Source: Candidatus Uhrbacteria bacterium RIFCSPHIGHO2_02_FULL_57_19 (GTDB taxonomy: Bacteria; Patescibacteriota; Patescibacteriia; 2-12-FULL-57-11). From it: a stretch of 32,601 bases of DNA. Positions 8,560 through 16,548 of the stretch are shown piece by piece. Below the pieces are notes generated by a model that made no database searches, was not told the origin of the DNA, and saw only the letters and a program-made list of their open reading frames with translations. Position 1 is the stretch's first letter; each line of letters begins with the position of its first letter. Location of the stretch: the NCBI GenBank assembly GCA_001791115.1, contig MGDZ01000043.1, positions 2,572 through 35,172 on the forward strand, written 5' to 3'. Position numbers and translations under genes: made by a program.

Positions 8560-11500
8560 ATGATCAAGCTGCAGGAAAATCCAAATAGCATCGATTTCAT
8601 CCGCGATGTTGCGGTGTATTTTATGGATTTCCTTGAAACGGATTTCCATAAAAGAAAACTTCCAAAGCGATCCATCAAGACCCGTAATAGTGACAACCTT
8701 CTTGTGGGCCTAAGCCTACAGAAGTACCCGTCATTTAAACGTATCGTTTTTGGTTTGATTAAGGATGGTTTTAAGAAAGACATGAAGATCACTATCGAGA
8801 AAGGGGTCCACAAGACCAGCCTGCCCAAGAGCCTCTTGGAACTGATCAAATTACAGGTTGGAAAAATCAACTCCGCGGAGTTGAGCGCCACGCTGGAAAA
8901 AATATCCAAAGAAGTTGAAAAACTCGGAACGCTCCATGCTGAGGAATACGATGTTGCGCTGACCAAGTCGATCGAGGTGGCAACAACACTCGTTCGAGGT
9001 GGTCTGGTACAACCGTTCGTAAATCAGATTGAGAAGCCACTACTAAACTTGGAACTAGGAAATGAAGAAAACTTGTTTTCGGTCGAAGAAGAATTATCGG
9101 CGGTCTTGATTCGACAGCTAGAGAACAAGATTTCTGAAGTGCTAAACCTTTTCCTAGCAAAGGAAAAGGTTAATATCCTCAAAGAACTCAAGTCTGTATT
9201 TCCGTTATCGGACATTAAAAGTAGTATCCTCACTTTTTTCGAAAATCTTAAAGTTGCAGACCTTTTCTCTGAGATTTTTGAAATGGACAGGAATAAAGAC
9301 ATTTTAGACAAACAAGAGTTTTATCTGTATTTCGGAGAGATTTCTTACGCTGGAAACAAATATCCAATTTTCTACCTGCCGTTTTCGGTGATGCGGCACG
9401 AAGAGGTGTTTGATATTGATTTTGATTCCCAAATCTACGTAAACAAAAAAGCCATAGAGTTCATCGTTCAGGAATATAATGTACAAAAAGGGACAAAGGG
9501 CAACCTCAAAACTGTTTCGGAAAGAATCATTTACCTCGGAAGTGGAAAAGATGGGATTCAGGATTATTTCCATTCAGTCCTCAGCGAATTAACCAACTTC
9601 TTTGATTTGAGCGGCGAGGTCGATTTTTTGAGCAAGGATCACAAAATCGCGAAAGGTCAGCTGGTGCGCATAACAAACGCGACTTTTGTAAACTTATTCG
9701 ATAAATCCGACGAGGCCCTGGTGAATGACTATGAGGAGATTTTACAGCAGTTAGCCCAAGGCGAAGGACCGCTTGCTGGGATTTTCAGGATATTCATCGA
9801 TGATTTCATCGAGAAAAATCCGATACCATTCAATCCTGAGGTGGAGGACGAGTGGGACAACACACAAACGTCGGATCGCCTCGTGCCATCAAGCCCCATT
9901 CCCTTGAACAGCGAGCAGCTTCAGATTTTGTCCGCGATGAGAAAGGATGAATGTAAGTACATCATCGTTCAAGGTCCGCCAGGGACCGGAAAAAGTCACA
10001 CGATCACAGCCATCGTCTTTGACGCGATCTTGAAGAATCGTTCAGTTTTAGTGCTCTCGGACAAGAAGGAGGCTCTCGATGTCGTTGAGGAAAAAATTAC
10101 TCAGACGATGAACAAAGTACGTTTCGATCAGAATTTCCAAAATCCAATCCTCCGTCTCGGTAAAACAGGTAGTACATACGGCTCCATCCTCGCCAAGAAC
10201 ACAATTGAGAATATCAAGGTTCACTTTAGGGCTACTAAAAAGGACTACGACGCGATCGAACAGAACATTGAGAAGCTGAAAAACTCGCTTAAAGAAGACT
10301 TGGAAGCGGAAATCCTCTCTTACGACGACGTTGATATCAATGAAATTCACGAGCTGTTTGATTTGGAGCCGGGTATCGCGCGATTTGAGGGGGCCGTCGA
10401 TATCGTCGAACTTTTAGGGAGACCCGATGGAGCCACTGAGTTGGCAAGTATTAGAGAGCTAACCTCATCAATTACCAGCACGCTTTCTGCGCCGCGAATC
10501 CAGGAGGTTTTTGGCATCTTCGGACAGGAAACCTATGCCCCAACCGATATCACAAAGCTGCGGAAAGTTTTTGGATCAATATCCAGCGTCCCCCTAATCA
10601 TGGAGAAGGTTCGTAGTGTCTACCCATCGGCAGATCATCGGCTGAGATCGTTTAGGAAATTATCGTCTAGTGATATTACGAAGCTGGATACCTTTCTCGG
10701 GGACTATCAAGCATTAAAATCGTGGTTGTTTGGATATTTCTTTAGCAAGAAAGGCATTGAAGAATTGAACTTGCGATTTAATAAATCCTTTCCTCTCAAC
10801 GGATTTAGCGAGCCACACGAACAGCTTCACGATATCCAGGTTGTTCGCGACATACTCGCATATATCACGCAGCTTGGTGCCGATTTCGACCTCGCCACGA
10901 GAAATAAAATTGATTTTGTCACCATCTGCCATCGTTCGCTTGTCGATAATGAATTTGCAGAGGGTGTTCAGCAAGCGCATTCTATGGGCGAGAACGTTGA
11001 ATTTTTGATCGAAGCACTGAACCCGATTCCTCTCACCGCCGGGAAGGCCGGTATTTCATTACAACGACCTAGCTCCTTTACAAAAAACAAGATATTAGAG
11101 ATTAACGATGATGATTTTGATAAACTACTTCGCTATATCGGACTGAAGCAAAAGCTGGACACTGCTTTCGAAAATATTCCAGAACTGAATTATGCCGCCC
11201 GAAAAAAGAATTTGGAGGATCTTATTACGGCTCAGGCAACATACCTGCTCGATGGACGCCTCATCGATTTCTACGAGCACAGCCGCAATGACGCAGAAGC
11301 ACTCCGAAATATTATTAGAACAAAACAGCGCTTCCCGAAAAACGAGTTTCGAAAATTAAAAGAAGCGTTTCCTTGTATACTCGCGGGTATCAGGGACTAT
11401 GCAGAGTACATTCCATTGGAGCCGGAGGTCTTTGATCTCGTTATTATTGACGAGGCTTCACAGGTCAGCGTCGCACAAGCCTTTCCGGCACTGCTCCGCG

Positions 11501-13119
11501 CCAAGAAGGTCCTCATTTTGGGTGACAAAAAACAGTTTAGCAACATTAAGGCCGCACAGGCACGTTCTGACACTAACCGTGAATACCTGAACAGCCTCAG
11601 CGAATCGTTTAGACGCAACATATCTACGGATACGACGAAAATGGTCCGGCTCGGTAAGTTCAATATCAAAACTTCGATCTTGGAATTCTTCGAGTTCATC
11701 AGCAATTACAATATCCCGCTGCTGAAGCACTTCCGTGGCTACAAAGAAATAATCTCTTATTCGAATAAGTTTTTCTATGAGGGAAGTCTTCAGGTGATGA
11801 AGATTCGTGGGAAATCCGTCGATGAAGTAATTAAGTTCACAATCACCGAACCAGACGACAACAATGTTCCATATCAAAACACGAACATCGGTGAAGTTAA
11901 TTTCATCATCTCGGAGTTACGGCACCTCCGTGACGCAGACAGGGCTGATTCGGTTGGTATTATTACGCCTCACACCAACCAGCAAAAATTGCTGATGGAA
12001 AGGATCGCCAAGCTTCCAGAGAGGGATTACTATTTTGAAAAGTTGAAACTTAAAATAATGACGTTCGACACCTGCCAAGGTGAAGAGCGCGACATCATCT
12101 ACTATTCGATGGTTGCGTCTGCGCAATCGGACCGATTGTGGGGTGTATTCATAAGGAATCTGAATGACGTTGATGTCGAGGAGGATGGGCAGATCAAAGC
12201 TCAGCGTCTCAACGTCGGTTTCAGCCGTGCAAGGGAGACAATGCACTTTGTCCTGAGCAAACCAATTGATGATTTCACGGGCTCGATTGGTGATGCGTTG
12301 CGGCATTATCATTTCATTCTTGGCGAAGCGAAAAAAGAACATGGCATCGAGGAGGTTGATGCCAAGTCAAAGATGGAACCCGTGGTGATGAATTGGTTCT
12401 ATCAAACGAGGTTTTGGAACGAGCATAAAGATTCAGATTCAATCGTGTTCCAACCGCAGTTTGAACTTGGAAAGTATTTACGGCAATTAGATCACACATA
12501 CAGCCACCCTGCGTACAAGGTCGATTTTTTGTTGATCTATCGCGATGAATCCCATCGAGAACACAAGATTATTATTGAATACGACGGCTTCCGTGAACAC
12601 TTTAAAGACATTGATGAGATTAACGAGTTCAATTATCAGCACTATTACTCCGACGGGGACGTGTATCGACAGAAAGTGCTTGAAAGTTACGGGTACAAAT
12701 TCCTTAGAATAAACAAGTTCAACGCAGGCGAGCATCCCGTCGCAACATTGGATAAAAGGCTAGGCGACCTCGTGAAGGTTTATCCTAGTGGGAATCCGCT
12801 GCTCATGAATATTCATGAGACCGTCTCGAGTCTCCAAAATGGGGAAATGAAGGAATGTCCGAAGTGCAAAGAAGTCAGGCACTTGGCTGAGTTTAAGGAT
12901 TCAGCTCTGCTCACGGGTTATGGTAGATTTTGCAGCTTCTGTAAGGGCATCAAGTTCCAAGCTGCGCGCGACGGCCAGAAGACGCCACCGATATTGAGTG
13001 ATCAAGCTTGTCCAAGCTGTGGAGCAAAGATGGTGCTTCGGAGTGGAAGGCGTGAAAAATTCTATGGTTGCTCTAAGTTTCCGTATTGCAAGGGAACAAG
13101 AGATCACAAGGGTGTCTGA
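8560..13119 (+). CDS. 1519-aa fusion: DUF4011-like N-terminus, SF1 (Upf1/DNA2-like, AAA_11/AAA_12) helicase, DUF559/REase_MTES_1575-like PD-(D/E)xK nuclease, two C-terminal zinc ribbons
   Basis: EFYLYFGEISYAGNKYPIFYLPFSV (about aa 253). Walker A GPPGTGKS (nt 9973-9996). Walker B VIIDEASQV (DEAS nt 11449-11460). ILGDKKQF, LLKHFRGYKEIISYSNKFFYEGSL, VGIITPHTNQ, TFDTCQGEERDIIYYS, RLNVGFSRAR. Nuclease VDFLLIY...IIIEYDGFREH...YRQKVLESYGYKFLRINKF (nt about 12480-12730). CPKC...CSFC and the topoisomerase-type finger CPSCGAKMVLRSGRREKFYGCSKFPYCKG. Confidence 0.85.
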   Translation: MIKLQENPNSIDFIRDVAVYFMDFLETDFHKRKLPKRSIKTRNSDNLLVGLSLQKYPSFKRIVFGLIKDGFKKDMKITIEKGVHKTSLPKSLLELIKLQVGKINSAELSATLEKISKEVEKLGTLHAEEYDVALTKSIEVATTLVRGGLVQPFVNQIEKPLLNLELGNEENLFSVEEELSAVLIRQLENKISEVLNLFLAKEKVNILKELKSVFPLSDIKSSILTFFENLKVADLFSEIFEMDRNKDILDKQEFYLYFGEISYAGNKYPIFYLPFSVMRHEEVFDIDFDSQIYVNKKAIEFIVQEYNVQKGTKGNLKTVSERIIYLGSGKDGIQDYFHSVLSELTNFFDLSGEVDFLSKDHKIAKGQLVRITNATFVNLFDKSDEALVNDYEEILQQLAQGEGPLAGIFRIFIDDFIEKNPIPFNPEVEDEWDNTQTSDRLVPSSPIPLNSEQLQILSAMRKDECKYIIVQGPPGTGKSHTITAIVFDAILKNRSVLVLSDKKEALDVVEEKITQTMNKVRFDQNFQNPILRLGKTGSTYGSILAKNTIENIKVHFRATKKDYDAIEQNIEKLKNSLKEDLEAEILSYDDVDINEIHELFDLEPGIARFEGAVDIVELLGRPDGATELASIRELTSSITSTLSAPRIQEVFGIFGQETYAPTDITKLRKVFGSISSVPLIMEKVRSVYPSADHRLRSFRKLSSSDITKLDTFLGDYQALKSWLFGYFFSKKGIEELNLRFNKSFPLNGFSEPHEQLHDIQVVRDILAYITQLGADFDLATRNKIDFVTICHRSLVDNEFAEGVQQAHSMGENVEFLIEALNPIPLTAGKAGISLQRPSSFTKNKILEINDDDFDKLLRYIGLKQKLDTAFENIPELNYAARKKNLEDLITAQATYLLDGRLIDFYEHSRNDAEALRNIIRTKQRFPKNEFRKLKEAFPCILAGIRDYAEYIPLEPEVFDLVIIDEASQVSVAQAFPALLRAKKVLILGDKKQFSNIKAAQARSDTNREYLNSLSESFRRNISTDTTKMVRLGKFNIKTSILEFFEFISNYNIPLLKHFRGYKEIISYSNKFFYEGSLQVMKIRGKSVDEVIKFTITEPDDNNVPYQNTNIGEVNFIISELRHLRDADRADSVGIITPHTNQQKLLMERIAKLPERDYYFEKLKLKIMTFDTCQGEERDIIYYSMVASAQSDRLWGVFIRNLNDVDVEEDGQIKAQRLNVGFSRARETMHFVLSKPIDDFTGSIGDALRHYHFILGEAKKEHGIEEVDAKSKMEPVVMNWFYQTRFWNEHKDSDSIVFQPQFELGKYLRQLDHTYSHPAYKVDFLLIYRDESHREHKIIIEYDGFREHFKDIDEINEFNYQHYYSDGDVYRQKVLESYGYKFLRINKFNAGEHPVATLDKRLGDLVKVYPSGNPLLMNIHETVSSLQNGEMKECPKCKEVRHLAEFKDSALLTGYGRFCSFCKGIKFQAARDGQKTPPILSDQACPSCGAKMVLRSGRREKFYGCSKFPYCKGTRDHKGV

Positions 13120-13232
13120 CCATTGTCAGATTTGTCTCGATCTCGCCTTAAAGAACTTGAGACCCGCATTCGTCGGACTGTCCCGAAGGTGCTCCCGAAA
13201 AGCCCCCTAAGATATACACGAACTGGGGAACC

Positions 13233-13254
13233 AATCCCACCCCCGGAGCAAAAG
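13233..13254 (+). repeat. direct repeat of tRNA-Asn 3' end plus its trailing A-run
   Basis: aatcccacccccggagcaaaag. The first 21 nt are identical to 7910-7930. An imperfect hairpin and a T run follow (13250-13285). Confidence 0.9.
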
Positions 13255-13383
13255 GGGCGACTGCCTGTAGGCGGTCACCTCTTTTACTTTTGTGGTAGTC
13301 GGACTCTAGGGGCGCGAGAGGAACCAAGCAGCGCAGGTTCCGGTGCGTAGCGCCTAGGATCGAGTCGGAGCGAGAGAAGAGCC

Positions 13384-13396
13384 AACCCCAGAGCCA
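13384..13396 (+). repeat. weak tRNA-3'-end-like remnant with CCA (aaccccagagCCA)
   Basis: Part of a roughly 50-nt stretch (13366-13416) that aligns with 8412-8464: cggagcgag ... cc.gagccatga.tgg..gtgtgtg.gcc. Confidence 0.35.
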
Positions 13397-13488
13397 TGAA
13401 TGGGTGTGTGTGTGCCAACTCAGAAGTAAAGGGAGCGTACGGCGCGTGTTGACCGCCTTGTGGATTAAGAGTATTCTTTTCGCCGTAT

Positions 13489-14400
13489 ATGAAGCGTCTT
13501 TCGCCGCGATCAATTGATTTCCTGGCTGTGACCATTACGGGAGGAGCATGGCCGCCGGACGAAGCCACCCCATGGCCATACCGTCCGGGCTGGAAGATCG
13601 AAAAGTTTTTCCGCCAATGCAACTACGATTATTCGCTTAACGGTTCTTCGCGCGTACCGTGGACGGAGAGCGTGCTTCAGGACATCAATACGAAGGAGGG
13701 TGTCGATGGGGTGAAAAAGATCGTCGAGTATCTTCTCGACCCGCGGGACTGGGTGGGGAACGAGGAAAAACATGCCCTCCTTATTTCCGAGCTCAACGAT
13801 TATTTATTTCACGACGGGTACGAAGTTGTATACGAGGCTTCGCTTCGAAGGTACGTGATGAGAGAATTGGGTGGTGAGCCCGTGATGCTTCGCGAGGCGC
13901 ACAAGAGCTACTTTTTCAAACCAGCCGCGCTCGAAAAGGAGTTCGAACGTATCCTCGGTTCAATCGAGACGGACCCGCCCGACGCCGTCACATCGGCTTG
14001 CTCCCTCGTTGAGAGCGTTTGCAAGCATATTCTTGACAGGCTTGGTTTGCCACACCCGTCGCAGAAAACGATTTCACATCTCGTAAAATCCGTGATGGAA
14101 CACCTGCGCATCTTGCCGGAGGGTCAGACCGACGAAGGATTCCGTCGACTTGTCGGCGGACTTCGGACCGTTGTTCACGAGATCGGCAATATGCGAAATG
14201 AGTTTGGCGATGCCCATGGACACACCGACGGCCCACAACATCTCACTCGAACGCATGCCAAGCTTGCCGTCGGGTCGGCGGCGACGATTGCGACCTTTCT
14301 CGTAGAGACGTTCGAGACGCAAATGCCGAGAGAGGAGGCAAGGGGGCCGGGGCCGGATACCATCGTCCAAGGTATCAGGGCCAAGGATATTACTTTTTGA
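13489..14400 (+). CDS. AbiJ-like abortive-infection protein with C-terminal Abi_C/HEPN domain
   Basis: C-terminal IGNMRNEFGDAHGH (R at nt 14194, H at 14215) fits the RN..G.aHG motif of Abi_C and the Rx4-6H signature of HEPN. The N-terminal YRPGWKIEKFFRQCNYDY...SSRVPWTESVLQDIN...IVEYLLDPRDW resembles AbiJ N-terminal domains. Confidence 0.7.
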   Translation: MKRLSPRSIDFLAVTITGGAWPPDEATPWPYRPGWKIEKFFRQCNYDYSLNGSSRVPWTESVLQDINTKEGVDGVKKIVEYLLDPRDWVGNEEKHALLISELNDYLFHDGYEVVYEASLRRYVMRELGGEPVMLREAHKSYFFKPAALEKEFERILGSIETDPPDAVTSACSLVESVCKHILDRLGLPHPSQKTISHLVKSVMEHLRILPEGQTDEGFRRLVGGLRTVVHEIGNMRNEFGDAHGHTDGPQHLTRTHAKLAVGSAATIATFLVETFETQMPREEARGPGPDTIVQGIRAKDITF

Positions 14401-14446
14401 TCGCCTGTGTCTCAAACCCCCTTGAGCCTCGGATAAACGCAACTAG

Positions 14447-14455
14447 CCCCGGAGC
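14447..14455 (+). repeat. short remnant of the tRNA-Asn 3' end (ccccggagc) directly before a terminator
   Basis: Only 9 nt are identical. The context mirrors the real tRNA end: the hairpin that follows has a tacgcg centre like the one at 7927-7957. Confidence 0.4.
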
Positions 14456-14458
14456 CAA

Positions 14459-14491
14459 GAATAGCCGACGTACGCGTCGGCTATTCTTTTT
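14459..14491 (+). terminator. intrinsic terminator
   Basis: gaatagccgacg-tacg-cgtcggctattc followed by ttttt. Confidence 0.8.
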
Positions 14492-14588
14492 GTCTCGGAG
14501 GGATTTGAACGGACGCCCGAGGAGTGCGGTGATGCGCACTCCGAAGCACTTCGGCCGACCGGAAGGGAGCGAATTTCACTCACGCCTC

Positions 14589-14617
14589 TTGAGGCCACTG
14601 GAATTCCAGCGTATACT
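14589..14617 (+). promoter_or_regulatory. candidate sigma-70 promoter of the ABC-F gene
   Basis: TTGAGG (14589-14594), 17-nt spacer, TATACT (14612-14617). The ATG at 14627 is only 9 nt past the -10 box, which implies a leaderless or near-leaderless mRNA. Confidence 0.4.
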
Positions 14618-14626
14618 CGCCGGGCT

Positions 14627-16096
14627 ATGGGGAACGACAATGTCGTCCTGCGTTTCAGCGACGTCACCTTCCTCTACGGCGAACACCGGCCCATCCTTGA
14701 TGAGGCCTCCTTTTCGGTGCGAAACGGATCGAAGATCGCGCTGATGGGACAGAACGGCGCGGGCAAGACGACGCTGTTCAAGCTCATCACGGGCGAGCTG
14801 CAACCCCGCCATCGGCGGGGCATCTTTACGACGCCGAAGGAGACGACGATTGGGGTGGCGAAGCAGGTGGTCGCCCCGGAGCACAAGGATCTCACGGTCC
14901 GTGAGTTTTTTGCGACCACGTTTGCGCAGGTTCCGTACAACCTGGACAAGCGCATCGCCACGGTGCAGGACGCGGTGAACCTCAAGACGGACCTGAAAAA
15001 GAAGGTACAGGCGTACTCGGGCGGCGAGCTCGCGCGCCTCCTCCTCGCGTACGCGCTCATCCAGGATCCGGACCTCCTGCTCCTCGATGAACCCACAAAC
15101 AACCTGGACCAGGAGGGGATCGACCACCTCACGGGGTTTTTGATGATGTACGAGAAGACGGTGCTCGTCATCTCGCACGACGCCGAGTTCCTGAACGCCT
15201 TTACGGACGGCGTGCTCTACCTCGACGTCCACACGCAAAAGGTCGAACAGTACCAAGGCAACTATTGGAACGTGGTGGAGGAGATCGCCGAGCGAACTTC
15301 GCGCGAACGCATGCAGAACGCGCGCGCCGAAATGGAGATCCGCAAGAAGAAGGAGCAGGCCGAGGTCTTCGCGCACAAGGGAGGCAAACTGCGGTCGGTG
15401 GCGAAGCGCATGCGCGAGGCTGCCGAAGAGGCAGAAGAAAGCATCGTGGAGGTGCGCCGCGAGGACAGGACCATCCGGGAGTTCACTATCCCCATGCAGG
15501 AATTTCCGTATGACTTCAACGGCAAGATCCTCGACATCACGCAGGTTGGGATCATGAAGGATGGGAAGCACGTCACGAAGGAACTGAACCTCACGCTCCG
15601 CAAGGGGACGCATGCGCTGCTCGCCGGCCCGAACGGAATCGGCAAGTCAACGCTTCTTCAGCGCATCACAAACGACACGGCAGAGGGCATCACGATCGGC
15701 AAAGACGTGCGCGTCGGCTACTACAGCCAGGACTTCGCCACCCTCGACTACGGTCAAACGGCGTACGCCTGTCTCGAGGAAGTCATGGAGAAGAAGGACG
15801 AGCATATTCTGCGCGCGACTGCCGCGGGTTTCCTCTTGGACGGCAAGGCGCTTGGCAACCGGATTTCGCATCTTTCGGAAGGGCAAAAGGGACTGCTCGT
15901 CTTCGCCCACCTCGTGCTTATGAAGCCCGGACTCCTGCTCCTCGACGAGCCGACCAATCACATCAACTTCCGCCACCTGTCGACCATCGCCAAGGCCATC
16001 GACGAATTCGGGGGCGCGGTGCTGATCGTCAGCCACATCCCGGACTTCGTCGCCCAGATCCGGATCGACGCGACGATCGACCTCGGAAAACTTTGA
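14627..16096 (+). CDS. ABC-F family ATPase (two ABC domains, no TM domain)
   Basis: GQNGAGKTT / YSGGELARLLLAYAL / LLLLDEPTNNLD, then GPNGIGKST / LSEGQKGLLVFAHL / LLLLDEPTNHIN, with a charged K/E/R linker between the two domains. Confidence 0.9.
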   Translation: MGNDNVVLRFSDVTFLYGEHRPILDEASFSVRNGSKIALMGQNGAGKTTLFKLITGELQPRHRRGIFTTPKETTIGVAKQVVAPEHKDLTVREFFATTFAQVPYNLDKRIATVQDAVNLKTDLKKKVQAYSGGELARLLLAYALIQDPDLLLLDEPTNNLDQEGIDHLTGFLMMYEKTVLVISHDAEFLNAFTDGVLYLDVHTQKVEQYQGNYWNVVEEIAERTSRERMQNARAEMEIRKKKEQAEVFAHKGGKLRSVAKRMREAAEEAEESIVEVRREDRTIREFTIPMQEFPYDFNGKILDITQVGIMKDGKHVTKELNLTLRKGTHALLAGPNGIGKSTLLQRITNDTAEGITIGKDVRVGYYSQDFATLDYGQTAYACLEEVMEKKDEHILRATAAGFLLDGKALGNRISHLSEGQKGLLVFAHLVLMKPGLLLLDEPTNHINFRHLSTIAKAIDEFGGAVLIVSHIPDFVAQIRIDATIDLGKL

Positions 16097-16112
16097 ACCT
16101 GCTGATTCCGCG

Positions 16113-16128
16113 CCCCGAGTACTCGGGG
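16113..16128. repeat. 16-nt palindrome ccccgagtactcgggg (second palindrome family)
   Basis: Read directly. An identical copy lies at 31497-31512 and a degenerate version forms the csp terminator stem (16521-16542). Confidence 0.85.
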
Positions 16129-16278
16129 CTGCGCGGAGGTTCAGTCGCGCTTCTGCGTGCAATCCCGCCCCTGCTCGACGTTTCCATTCGAAGAGTGTAT
16201 CCTATCCGGGAAATCGGTGTGAGGCGTGGATAAAGGTCGAGTGCATGCCAAAGCCGATACACCAGGATTATTCAACCA

Positions 16279-16491
16279 ATGACATACAATCGTATGAACG
16301 GAACAATCAAGAGCCTGACCGAAAAGGGGTTCGGGTTCATCAGTCAGGAAGGACAGGAGAAAGATGTCTTTTTCCACTCGTCCTCCCTCGTCGGCGTGAC
16401 CTTTCCCGAGCTCCACGTGGGGGACGCGGTCTCCTTCGAAGTGGAGTCGTCCGAAAAGGGTCCTCGCGCCGTCAACGTCAAGCGGGTCTGA
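16279..16491 (+). CDS. cold-shock domain protein (CspA family)
   Basis: KGFGFI (RNP1) and DVFFHSS (RNP2-like). 65-70 aa. The start is either ATG 16279 or ATG 16294 (MNGTIK). A roughly 180-nt upstream untranslated region is typical of csp genes. Confidence 0.9.
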   Translation: MTYNRMNGTIKSLTEKGFGFISQEGQEKDVFFHSSSLVGVTFPELHVGDAVSFEVESSEKGPRAVNVKRV

Positions 16492-16516
16492 TTCGGACCC
16501 GGTAATCCAATGGAGC

Positions 16517-16548
16517 AAAAGCGTCCCGAGTACTCTGGACGCTTTTTT
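16517..16548 (+). terminator. intrinsic terminator of csp
   Basis: aaaa-gcgtcccgag-tac-tctggacgc-tttttt. Confidence 0.8.

Larger units (their letters stand above)
7927..14491 (+). mobile_element. integrase-less array of cassettes accreted at the tRNA-Asn 3' end
   Basis: Direct copies of the tRNA 3' end at 8095-8113, 8426-8447, 13233-13254 and 14447-14455, with weaker ones at 8005-8013 and 13384-13396, partition the region into modules with one cargo gene each. The helicase gene is visibly AT-richer than its surroundings. No recombinase ORF is present. Confidence 0.55.

Noticed and set aside
13123-13350. 75-aa TTG-initiated ORF downstream of the helicase-nuclease
   Set aside because: It reads straight through the tRNA-end repeat and its hairpin (13233-13285) and has a non-ATG start and no motif. 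More likely non-coding scar sequence than a partner gene.
7927-14491. A complete integrative element or prophage at tRNA-Asn
   Set aside because: No integrase, excisionase, replication or structural genes are present. Only the repeat scars and two cargo genes remain, so I describe it as an integrase-less cassette array rather than a functional mobile element.
14576-15613. 345-aa minus-strand ORF
   Set aside because: It is entirely antisense to the ABC-F gene, which has unambiguous Walker and signature motifs. Long stop-free antisense frames are expected at this GC level, and the product is an R/L/H-rich string with no motifs.
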